The notes under the pieces: model-generated | The model's input: only the letters and a program-made list of their open reading frames with translations | Told to the model about the DNA's origin: nothing | The model's database searches: none | Part shown: positions 20,455-28,804 of the stretch, in pieces | Layout: each line of letters starts with the position of its first letter | How positions within the stretch are numbered: position 1 is the first letter of the stretch | IMG/VR virus record: IMGVR_UViG_3300035682_000040 | Coordinates: 1-59,924 of that record | DNA from: a virus | Lineage: Duplodnaviria > Caudoviricetes | Length of the DNA stretch: 59,924 nucleotides | Reading direction: 5' to 3' (one strand) | Made by a program: the position numbers and the translations under genes

Positions 20455-20659
20455 TACTATGCTCCAACATACTAAACTTGGCTAGTTCAAGAAAATAAAC
20501 CACCTCAGAAAAATTCATCTTTGATGACCGTGTAATTAACTTATCGCTTTCATCAATACCAATTATAAAAACCTTTTTAAGGTCTTTTCTTTTAATGTGG
20601 TCTAACACTTGGTTGACCGACATGTTTTCGTGTGGTGGTAGTTCAGTCACATTACTCAT
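20447..20659 (-). CDS. Hypothetical protein (distantly similar to 21540..21788)
   Basis: GGAGG RBS; IIG and LELAK motifs. Confidence 0.7.
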   Translation of the reverse strand: MSNVTELPPHENMSVNQVLDHIKRKDLKKVFIIGIDESDKLITRSSKMNFSEVVYFLELAKFSMLEHSNE

Positions 20660-20781
20660 TCCCCACCTCCAATGCCGTTCTTAATTATCTTTACTAACTT
20701 TTCAATCAAATAGGGGAAACTTAAAACAGCCCACCCAAAACCCATTGAGAAAATCACATAAAACCATTCAACGATACTCAT
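20656..20781 (-). CDS. Small membrane protein, 41 aa (MSIVEWFYVIFSMGFGWAVLSFPYL...NGIGGGE)
   Basis: Not in ORF track; GAGG RBS; ATGA overlap with next gene; one hydrophobic helix. Confidence 0.65.
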   Translation of the reverse strand: MSIVEWFYVIFSMGFGWAVLSFPYLIEKLVKIIKNGIGGGE

Positions 20782-20789
20782 TCCCCACC

Positions 20790-20966
20790 TCAGTCATGCA
20801 CATAAGGAACCACATAGCCACCTTGTTCTAAAACTTCTTCCGCAACTGCATAAGCCCATTCAACCATAGTTGCCGTATAATTAAATTGACCTTCCTTAGC
20901 TACTAAACCTTGTAGTAAGTTATAAGCAATTCGCATTCTTTCTTTTTTAAGTTGTTCAGCGTTCAT
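20790..20966 (-). CDS. Hypothetical protein (likely start MNAEQL)
   Basis: GGAG RBS before the internal ATG of the 20790..21002 ORF. Confidence 0.65.
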   Translation of the reverse strand: MNAEQLKKERMRIAYNLLQGLVAKEGQFNYTATMVEWAYAVAEEVLEQGGYVVPYVHD

Positions 20967-20967
20967 T

Positions 20968-21405
20968 TTAATTCTCCAATTTATGCCTAACGTGATGTTC
21001 AAATACTTCTAAAAATACTTCAAAATCAACTTCCATACGACAATTTTTAAATTGACTATTAGGTAAAGCTGCATAACCTTCCATGATACATTTCCAAGGT
21101 TTTCTAGTTTGCCTATAAAGTAATACAGGAACTTCATTAGCTTCAAATGCAGCTTTAGTACATTGCTTCCACCAAGTATTGATACTAAGGGCTTCCTGCC
21201 TTTTAACTTCAATACCAAAACCGTAAGTATTATTTAAGTCATTACCACCAACCGCACTTTGATTCTGGTTACGTTGCACAAAGTAATTAGCATTAGTTAT
21301 ATCGGTAACACCTTTTTCAAACAAAATTTTGTTGATAATGGTATTTAACTGGATTGCAATATCTCGTTCCGCACTGGCTCCTTTAACTCTTATATTAATG
21401 CCCAT
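20968..21405 (-). CDS. Holliday junction resolvase (PD-(D/E)xK, Hjc-like)
   Basis: R.KGA.AER, GG.DL, IEVKRQE.L....WW.Q. Confidence 0.8.
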   Translation of the reverse strand: MGINIRVKGASAERDIAIQLNTIINKILFEKGVTDITNANYFVQRNQNQSAVGGNDLNNTYGFGIEVKRQEALSINTWWKQCTKAAFEANEVPVLLYRQTRKPWKCIMEGYAALPNSQFKNCRMEVDFEVFLEVFEHHVRHKLEN

Positions 21406-21550
21406 TGTACTTATCCAAAATTACAAGTATTTCTTTTCTTAATTGAAGAAACTGAGCTTTCATACCGTCAGCCATTCTATATTCAGGGTTATAAGATTGT
21501 AAAAATTTAACAAATTGCAGAAGTTTTTCTTGTTCTTGTTTATTCATCAT
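21395..21550 (-). CDS. Small hypothetical protein, about 51 aa (MMNKQEQEKLLQF...)
   Basis: Not in ORF track; fills the gap and overlaps both neighbours. Confidence 0.55.
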   Translation of the reverse strand: MMNKQEQEKLLQFVKFLQSYNPEYRMADGMKAQFLQLRKEILVILDKYNGH

Positions 21551-21788
21551 AAGCACCATTTAATAATCGCATTTTAAAATCTTCAATCCAATACAAAAGA
21601 GTTTTCTTATCACCAGTAGTTGAAGAAATATAAAATTCATCATCTAAAGTTTGACCTATAATTAAAGCATGTTTCAATTCGCCTATAGCAGTATTCAATA
21701 GCATATCACTATCCAATGTGGGTTCATCTTCCTCAAATGAAGTCTCATTTTTAGGTACTATTTTCAAATTAAATATATTTTTCGTCAT
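21540..21788 (-). CDS. Hypothetical protein
   Basis: AAGGA RBS; IIG...ISS...LLYWIE.FK. Confidence 0.7.
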   Translation of the reverse strand: MTKNIFNLKIVPKNETSFEEDEPTLDSDMLLNTAIGELKHALIIGQTLDDEFYISSTTGDKKTLLYWIEDFKMRLLNGAYDE

Positions 21789-21796
21789 ACTATTCC

Positions 21797-21952
21797 TTAA
21801 TGAATTTTAACTTTTGTTATAATAAAAATTTCGGCAGTAGCAGTTTCTATATATTGTTCCCCATTTAAATAAAACATTACTACAGGAGTTATATTATATT
21901 TCTTGCAATGCCTAAAAAATAATTTTGTTGTAAACTTTAACCACCAATTCAT
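21797..21952 (-). CDS. Small hypothetical protein, 51 aa (MNWWLKFTTK...)
   Basis: Not in ORF track; fills the gap downstream of the polymerase gene. Confidence 0.5.
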   Translation of the reverse strand: MNWWLKFTTKLFFRHCKKYNITPVVMFYLNGEQYIETATAEIFIITKVKIH

Positions 21953-21966
21953 AAATTTACCCTTTA

Positions 21967-22000
21967 ATTATACTACAAGTGTTACTTATTACAAGCGTTA
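21967..22000 (-). promoter_or_regulatory. sigma70-type promoter with two TAACRCTTGYAR boxes
   Basis: TTGTAA-N16-TATAAT; boxes at 21989-22000 and 21973-21984. Confidence 0.65.
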
Positions 22001-22003
22001 TTT

Positions 22004-23998
22004 TTATGCAGCTATTTCAATTAGAATTTTATTACATTCCTCAATATACCAATCATAATGTATATCATTTGGAAAAGTAGTAGGTAATTCCATTAATGGT
22101 TTAGCACCTTCTGAACGTGCAACTTTATTACCAGATTTAGCATAAACTATTTCACCTTCTATATCTTTAGCATAGTACCAACGAATAGCTTTACCTAAAT
22201 ACTCAGTTCTATCACTCCATACTTTTACACCACCACCTTTAACGTCTCGTACAGTTATAAACTTAGTTATATCCCTACATTCATAAATAGTATGTTGTAA
22301 GGGAATACTTTTTGTAAGCCAATCATTAACTGCATCTATACATATTAAGTTAGTTGGATTTTTATGTAGTCTAAATGTACTATTATCATTCCAATGGTTT
22401 GAGAACGCACCTTTTAACTTGGCTTCACCATTAGGTTTAATAGCAATATAGTTATTAACGTCCCTACTATACAAAGCTGTATAAATAGTTTCTTCCATTT
22501 TAAAGTTAGTTTCTTTTTCCCATTGCTTAACTATGCTATCAAATAACGCCTCACAGCTACGTTTAAAATAGCTGACCACACCATCGGTATTGGCACTAAT
22601 TACCTGTATTCCTGCCATTTCTAAGCGTTCAATAAGCATTAATAAACTTAACTGCCCAGTAATAGTAGTTTGAATAATTAAGTGCGGTGCATAAAGGATT
22701 GAGTAAGGTGAACCAAACTTTCCAAACGAACCATTAATAACAATCTTTAAACTATCAGCTTCTTTTTTACGTTTATTTCTTTTAGCATTAATTCTAGTTT
22801 CAACAATTTCATTATAGACATTTAAAAAACTTCGACCTAACTGTTCTGGAAATAAAGCTAAGTTAAGAATAATTCTTGGGTAATAAGATTCAACGTCAAC
22901 ATCTTTAATCAGGTATTCGTCATTAGCTTTAAATGACTTACTTTTTTCTTTACTATGTAAACCACCAATACCCATCTTATAACTTGAAGCCCCCATTGTG
23001 ATAGGTGCATTGCCTATTACTTCAGGCAAGCCAACCTTACCAGATTCTGAAGTAACAAAAGGGGTTGTGGTAATAAGTTTAAGAACCCATTGCATTAATG
23101 GCGATTCAAACTTTAAAAATCTAGGTGCTTGATAATGGTAAATACGTCCCGGAGTCATAACAGGTTTTTGTATTCGACCACCACCTCTTTTTTGTAATGA
23201 AGTTCTAATTACGGCTTCAGCTATTTGAGCATCTGATTTTGAACGTAAATCTACATTATAAGTATTAGACATATCATTACGAAGTTCTAATTCAGTTTTT
23301 AAAGATTCATTTAATAGTATAGTATTATCCAAATCATTTACACAGTAAAGACGGGTAATAGCTATTTGTTCTGGATTTAAAGTTTTATCAGGATGAAACG
23401 GTAAGTCTTGCATTTTATGACAATGTAATCGACCTGAATACATTTTAAGACTTGCTGTTATTGGTGCAACTTCAATTAAATCTATGTGGTCAACTTTTAA
23501 TTTACCACACTTATAATTCTTTAAAATATCATTGGCTCTTAAACCTAATTGAATAATGTCATCCGTAGCTTGCTTTAATACCTTGCAAGGCTTACAGTTT
23601 AAAGCCAAACTTAGGATTGGTATATCATAATTCCAACCATTGAAACTAATTATGGTAAAGTTATTAATCAACCATTCTAATGATGCAGTTTCTAATTTTG
23701 AATCTTCAAACATTTCCCAGTAACAAACCTTACCAGTTGTTATAGATTTAAAAGCTATAAGGAAATAATTACGATAACACTCTATATCAAAAACTAAAGG
23801 TTCTTTATTAAGCCATGCTTGCTTTAATTCTTCAACTGTAAATAGTTCTACATTAAACGCAGTAGCTTCTTCAAGTCCAGGAAGGTAACTATCATATAGC
23901 CACACTGGTTCAGGTGGTATGCGATTAATCTTTTCTTTTTTAACTTTAGGTTCAACATAATCGTCCCAAAAGAAACCTGTTTGGTCATTACGAGCCAT
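22004..23998 (-). CDS. DNA polymerase, family B-type, with 3'-5' exonuclease
   Basis: Exo motifs FDIECY, FNG.NYD, YCVND; pol motifs DVESYYP, K..INGSFGKFG, ANTDG. Confidence 0.9.
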   Translation of the reverse strand: MARNDQTGFFWDDYVEPKVKKEKINRIPPEPVWLYDSYLPGLEEATAFNVELFTVEELKQAWLNKEPLVFDIECYRNYFLIAFKSITTGKVCYWEMFEDSKLETASLEWLINNFTIISFNGWNYDIPILSLALNCKPCKVLKQATDDIIQLGLRANDILKNYKCGKLKVDHIDLIEVAPITASLKMYSGRLHCHKMQDLPFHPDKTLNPEQIAITRLYCVNDLDNTILLNESLKTELELRNDMSNTYNVDLRSKSDAQIAEAVIRTSLQKRGGGRIQKPVMTPGRIYHYQAPRFLKFESPLMQWVLKLITTTPFVTSESGKVGLPEVIGNAPITMGASSYKMGIGGLHSKEKSKSFKANDEYLIKDVDVESYYPRIILNLALFPEQLGRSFLNVYNEIVETRINAKRNKRKKEADSLKIVINGSFGKFGSPYSILYAPHLIIQTTITGQLSLLMLIERLEMAGIQVISANTDGVVSYFKRSCEALFDSIVKQWEKETNFKMEETIYTALYSRDVNNYIAIKPNGEAKLKGAFSNHWNDNSTFRLHKNPTNLICIDAVNDWLTKSIPLQHTIYECRDITKFITVRDVKGGGVKVWSDRTEYLGKAIRWYYAKDIEGEIVYAKSGNKVARSEGAKPLMELPTTFPNDIHYDWYIEECNKILIEIAA

Positions 23999-24945
23999 TA
24001 ACGTCTCATCCCAATAATTGCTCCCCTTAACTGTTCACCAAAAAATAAGCAAGGTGATATATGCCAATCTATTTTAACGGCAGTATCTTTTAAAAGGTTT
24101 AACATATCAATATTATAAATTCCATTAAAATCAATACTTTCTACTTCATAGTTAGCACTGGTTGTTAAATCTGTTGAAGTACTCAATATACCTTCTGTAA
24201 TATTAATTGCACCAAGTTTATCTATAAATGGTTTTAATACTTCCAAACCTTTAAATATTTCTTTATCAATATCAGTAGGGTTTGATTCTTTATTTAAAAT
24301 CTTACCCATATCGGGGAAATTAGTTTCTAATAATTGAGTTTTAATCCAACGCTTATCAGCATAATGCACTGTTAAAGAAGCATCTGCGATTTGAATACGC
24401 TCTGGTATTTCACCAATCCTAAGCATTTCTCTAATAGCATGTTTTGGTATATTTATTTCTTTTTCTGGTTTAAAACCTAGCCAATGTTCTATGATACAAA
24501 CATTGTTAGTTGCATAAGCACTACCATTAGCAAGTAATACCCCATTAGCCCAAGGACGGCTTGCATCATCACCTATAAATTTATAAACCTTACCCAATGC
24601 CTTAATAAGTAAAGCACCGTCAATATCGCTTATTTTTCCTTCAGGTTCCATAGCTGGTGTTGGGTCACTAAAGCATTCTATAAAAGCTTTGAACTTACCA
24701 CTTTGAACTTTTAAACGCCCTGCTTCTGTAATTGATAATGCAACCGTTTCTTTACAATTTCCAATAGCTTTAATTAATAAATCAGCTTTAGGATTACAAT
24801 CAATATCAAAAGCAATAGGGCTACTCAAAGTAAGCATTCCATTATAGGAACGCACTTCACCTTTTTTAATAGAAAAGTGGGTCATATAAGGTACTAAATC
24901 TTTTTTAGCAACCGCACCAGAAACAAACTTAAGTTCTGCTAACAT
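23998..24945 (-). CDS. Sliding clamp / processivity factor (beta-clamp-like)
   Basis: 315 aa; D.SRPW.NGVL...AYATN pattern resembling DnaN; translationally coupled to the polymerase. Confidence 0.7.
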   Translation of the reverse strand: MLAELKFVSGAVAKKDLVPYMTHFSIKKGEVRSYNGMLTLSSPIAFDIDCNPKADLLIKAIGNCKETVALSITEAGRLKVQSGKFKAFIECFSDPTPAMEPEGKISDIDGALLIKALGKVYKFIGDDASRPWANGVLLANGSAYATNNVCIIEHWLGFKPEKEINIPKHAIREMLRIGEIPERIQIADASLTVHYADKRWIKTQLLETNFPDMGKILNKESNPTDIDKEIFKGLEVLKPFIDKLGAINITEGILSTSTDLTTSANYEVESIDFNGIYNIDMLNLLKDTAVKIDWHISPCLFFGEQLRGAIIGMRR

Positions 24946-25154
24946 TAACTATCCTTTTTATTAAAAAACCTTCTTATTATAAAACTACGAATAATGGAAG
25001 CTAATGTAAACCAAAGGGTTATCCAAATATTATCCATAAAATTAATATTGATATTATAAAAAGGAAATATTGTTAATTGAACTATTAAAGAAAAAATAAA
25101 TCCGGTAAGGGTATTAATCAAAGATTCAATAAAACTATTTTTTACAGTCTGCAT
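24945..25154 (-). CDS. Small two-TM membrane protein
   Basis: Q...S.IES..N...GF...S.IRS..IRR.FN pattern. Confidence 0.7.
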   Translation of the reverse strand: MQTVKNSFIESLINTLTGFIFSLIVQLTIFPFYNININFMDNIWITLWFTLASIIRSFIIRRFFNKKDS

Positions 25155-26080
25155 TAAAATAATTCCTGTACACGCATAAAATCCATATTACATCCTTTTT
25201 CATTATGTTCTTTCATAATTTCACCCATTGACCACAAATTATAGGCAGCTCTACTTTGATAAGTAGTACTTAATCTTTCATAGTTAAAACCACCTTTATT
25301 AATTATCTTTAATATGTGGTTACGCTCTTCTTCAGCAAAATTACAAAGATGTTGACCTTTAGTATGACGACTAGGTGATTTATCTGAAAGTGATATATTT
25401 CGATGTTCTTTAGTTACAATCATTCCAAATGAAGCTGATTGTATCCATAATGATGAATCCACTGAGTACCATGGATACCGTTCAATTAGTTTATCCGATG
25501 TAATACCGAAACCATGTACTTTAATACGAGGGTTTCCGCTACCATCGACAAGGTTATTTGACCATACTCTATCCAACCAATTCATAAGTTGAGTAATACT
25601 ACCACCAACCATTCCGCCTAATGAAATATAGGGATAATATTTTATATAATAATCCAAATATTTTTCATCTTCACCAGCATGAAAACATGGTATAGCTTTA
25701 ACACCATGCTTCCACATTCTATTAAGGTTATGATAAGTTAATTCCGCATCACCAATACCGTCCATTCCAGCAGCCATTAAGGTATCATCATCCTTAGCTA
25801 TAATATCAATATTTCTAAGAATATAATTACAATAATCAGAAATAGGGATGTCAACACCTAAAGTAAAAGCTGAGAATGCACCTGAGTCAAGAAATATTTG
25901 TGCATTATCAGCCCTCATTTCATCTACAAATTTTTGTTTATTAACATAATGATAACTTTCAAGAATAGGACCTTTTGCTGCATTACAAACTTTTTCTTGT
26001 TCGTGCAATTCTAATTCAGTATGTTTATTTTGACCTTTACAATATTGGTTAGTATAGACCGCAGCGTTATAAATTTTCAT
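25154..26080 (-). CDS. dpdA: DNA 7-deazaguanine transglycosylase (TGT-like DpdA)
   Basis: FLDSGAFS, P.FH.GE, LGGMV, VHGFG, WYSVDSS.W; sits in a que/folE cluster. Confidence 0.9.
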   Translation of the reverse strand: MKIYNAAVYTNQYCKGQNKHTELELHEQEKVCNAAKGPILESYHYVNKQKFVDEMRADNAQIFLDSGAFSAFTLGVDIPISDYCNYILRNIDIIAKDDDTLMAAGMDGIGDAELTYHNLNRMWKHGVKAIPCFHAGEDEKYLDYYIKYYPYISLGGMVGGSITQLMNWLDRVWSNNLVDGSGNPRIKVHGFGITSDKLIERYPWYSVDSSLWIQSASFGMIVTKEHRNISLSDKSPSRHTKGQHLCNFAEEERNHILKIINKGGFNYERLSTTYQSRAAYNLWSMGEIMKEHNEKGCNMDFMRVQELF

Positions 26081-26970
26081 TATTTAATTTGATCTAAGAA
26101 TTCACGCCTAGCTGAACTTTCATCTAAAATAACACCTTTGAGAGCTGTGGTTACAGTATGATGCCCTTGTTGGCAAGTACCCCTAGATTCCATACATAAA
26201 TGCCTAGCCTTTATACTAACACCAACACCTAACGGTTGCAAGTGTTCAAATAAACAATCAGCAATCTGTGAAGTCAAACGCTCTTGTACTTGTAATCGTT
26301 TGGCGTACATTGATACAATTCTTGATAACTTTGATAGTCCAACAATTCTACCATTTGGTATGTACGATATAGTACATGTGCCAAAGAAAGGAGCGAGATG
26401 ATGTTCACAATGACTATAAAAAGGAATATCTTTGACTGTAACCATCTGGTCATAAGTTTCAGCTCCATCTTCAAATACTTTTAAAATATCGGATGCACTT
26501 TGAGTATAACCAGCACACCATTCTTTCCAAGCTTTAGCTACACGTTTAGGAGTTTCAAGTAAACCACCCCTAGCGGGATCTTCACCTATGTATTGCAATA
26601 GCCTAGTAATATTGTTCTCAATACCACCTACAGCATCACCTTCCCATGGAAATACTATCCATTTATCCATTAAATCATAATTTTCTGATTTATCAATTAA
26701 AGCAAAGAAAGGTAAAGTGGGGTTACTATCTAAAAACTCACTCCAAGTAGCACCTGAATCTATAATATCATCTATAATAAAATCAGCTTCTTCAGGGCTA
26801 TCAACTATTTTGTACCATCCTGGATTTGTTGCCATTAAAGCATAAGCAGCAGGTATTCCACCTCTAGGTACTGGGTACATTTTTCTGTATGAATTAGAAA
26901 TTTCATTATTTAAATCATACGCTAATTTAAAAACATCCTTGTTACTTAGGTAAACGCTATTATTCTCCAT
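26080..26970 (-). CDS. folE: GTP cyclohydrolase I with an N-terminal purine-PRTase-like domain
   Basis: GL.ETPKRVAK, FYSHCEHHLAPF, GLSKLSR, RLQVQERLT, HLCMESRG; N-terminal VPRGG, IIDDIIDSGAT, WIVFPWE. Confidence 0.92.
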   Translation of the reverse strand: MENNSVYLSNKDVFKLAYDLNNEISNSYRKMYPVPRGGIPAAYALMATNPGWYKIVDSPEEADFIIDDIIDSGATWSEFLDSNPTLPFFALIDKSENYDLMDKWIVFPWEGDAVGGIENNITRLLQYIGEDPARGGLLETPKRVAKAWKEWCAGYTQSASDILKVFEDGAETYDQMVTVKDIPFYSHCEHHLAPFFGTCTISYIPNGRIVGLSKLSRIVSMYAKRLQVQERLTSQIADCLFEHLQPLGVGVSIKARHLCMESRGTCQQGHHTVTTALKGVILDESSARREFLDQIK

Positions 26971-27391
26971 AAGTCACCGAACATTTTCTTGTTTCATCAA
27001 TAGTAACTGAAGTAACTATAATTCCTGTATCTAATAATTGCATTGGTGCAATAACATTAACTAGATATTCAGCCATATTTTCAGCAGTTGGATTAAAAGG
27101 AACTGCAACTACTCCTTCAGGATCAATATCCTTTAAAAATGGTAAATTACCATCTTCCGCCCAAGCCAAAAACTTATGATCCCAGTTATCTTCTAACCAC
27201 ATACAGAGTTTAGATTTAACTACACCGAAATCTATTACACGACCTACTGAATCCAGTGTATTGTTTTCTGCTTCACAAACAAAATGAACACGGTAATTAT
27301 GCCCATGTAAGAAACGGCATTTACCTTCATGCCCAACAACTCTATGACCACAACTTATGTCATGGTATCTTTTTACTTGATATTTACTCAT
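26960..27391 (-). CDS. queD: 6-carboxy-5,6,7,8-tetrahydropterin synthase
   Basis: GHR..GHEGKC..LHGHNY, IDFG, NPTAEN.A, ET. Confidence 0.93.
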   Translation of the reverse strand: MSKYQVKRYHDISCGHRVVGHEGKCRFLHGHNYRVHFVCEAENNTLDSVGRVIDFGVVKSKLCMWLEDNWDHKFLAWAEDGNLPFLKDIDPEGVVAVPFNPTAENMAEYLVNVIAPMQLLDTGIIVTSVTIDETRKCSVTYGE

Positions 27392-27654
27392 TTTAATTCC
27401 ACTATATGTCTATTTGTCATTAAAGCTACTTTAATGTAGCTTGCATTTTTAAATTCTGAAGCAAGTGCTAATGCTACATCTTCCATAAACATAAGTTTAC
27501 CTGAAATAAGCTTTCTCATACGTTTACGAACTTCATATAATTCTACAAATTCATTTTCAAAACCCAAAGTTATATAAAGAAAATCTGGTAGTTTATTTAC
27601 TGGGCAAAAAGTTACAATAGGCAACCAATGTGAAATTAGGACATGTTGATCCAT
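27388..27654 (-). CDS. QueF-like T-fold protein (probably QueF-L type), 88 aa from MDQHVL
   Basis: CPVNKLPDF matches the QueF catalytic C-P-x4-D; VE and FMED align with QueF VESKS and FHED but the NADPH motif is degenerate; GGAG RBS before 27654. Confidence 0.7.
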   Translation of the reverse strand: MDQHVLISHWLPIVTFCPVNKLPDFLYITLGFENEFVELYEVRKRMRKLISGKLMFMEDVALALASEFKNASYIKVALMTNRHIVELK

Positions 27655-28043
27655 AATAAACTCCATAATATTGTTAGTACAAGACCTGTAAACCATGAAG
27701 TGGAATACCACTCCCATTCATTATTGCCTAAACTAAACCTTTTATTTTTAAAAGGGTATAACAAAGGTGGAGCCCAAGTTGTACCATGAGTAGGTATATC
27801 CAAAAGTAAATGGCTTAATAAAGCAAAAAATAGTAAACCATCACCCATATAAAACCAATAGGAATAGCCAAGTACCGTAGTGAAGATAAGGCTATGTGTA
27901 ATATCATACAGTTTAGTAGGGGTAAGCATACGTTTAGCCCCTAGCACTAAATCTGGTATAACTGCTACACAAGCTCCTAATATAGGTTTACCGTAATATG
28001 TACCTGTAGCTGCTCCAGCTACAGCATGACTAAAAATATCCAT
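27636..28043 (-). CDS. YdjM-like membrane metal-dependent hydrolase (likely start MDIFSH)
   Basis: SH, PDL, THS, SH..LD..TH, LLYPF motifs with TM segments; TAATG-coupled to queC. Confidence 0.7.
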   Translation of the reverse strand: MDIFSHAVAGAATGTYYGKPILGACVAVIPDLVLGAKRMLTPTKLYDITHSLIFTTVLGYSYWFYMGDGLLFFALLSHLLLDIPTHGTTWAPPLLYPFKNKRFSLGNNEWEWYSTSWFTGLVLTILWSLLWINMS

Positions 28044-28804
28044 TATTTTTTTAAACAAATATAATTTGAACTTAATGGTAATTCCATCAATCCTTCCTGC
28101 CAAGCACGAACAACTAAAGGATCGGGAAAACCTGATTTTTCAAAACCATCTGCACGAAGTACATTGGCATGATTCATATCAGTGGGCGGATACTTACCAT
28201 CATAACTTGTGTGGCTATAAGCTAGTGCTTCCCAAGCTCCAGGAGTAGTATGAGCAAGTTTTACAGTTTCAGCTTTAGTTAAACACATTAAGGGAGCTAC
28301 AATTCTTAATGCACCTACTTTTAAAGGTTCTAAACCTAATGCAATATTAGCAGTATCTTCAAATAAAGTTCTAAAGTTATCAGTACAATCAGGGTAATTA
28401 GCATTGTCTTCTTGACATATACCTATATAAATATGGCTACAACCTAATGAAACTGCTCTATTAACTGCAATAGTTAGAAACAGCATATTACGCATTGGAA
28501 CAAAAGTATCCTCAATCCTATTACCGATAACTGATTCCATTTGTTCAGCACTTTCGTAACGCTCAAGTCCTATACCACCTTGCGTTAAAGGGGAGGTTGA
28601 AACTAAAGTATTTCTAATATTGATAATTTCAAAACTATCCACTTCAGCTAGAATGGCAACTTCACCAGCAGCTTTTAATTCAATAATATGATTCTGCCCG
28701 TAGTCAAAACTAATCGCATGGACTTCATCAAATTGTTCTTTTGCAAGAAATAAACAGGTTGTTGAATCCTGCCCACCTGAAAGGACAACTAAACATTTAC
28801 TCAT
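28043..28804 (-). CDS. queC: 7-cyano-7-deazaguanine (preQ0) synthase
   Basis: SGGQDS PP-loop, FDYGQ.H..E, FVPMRN, YPDC, PL..LTK. Confidence 0.93.
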   Translation of the reverse strand: MSKCLVVLSGGQDSTTCLFLAKEQFDEVHAISFDYGQNHIIELKAAGEVAILAEVDSFEIINIRNTLVSTSPLTQGGIGLERYESAEQMESVIGNRIEDTFVPMRNMLFLTIAVNRAVSLGCSHIYIGICQEDNANYPDCTDNFRTLFEDTANIALGLEPLKVGALRIVAPLMCLTKAETVKLAHTTPGAWEALAYSHTSYDGKYPPTDMNHANVLRADGFEKSGFPDPLVVRAWQEGLMELPLSSNYICLKK

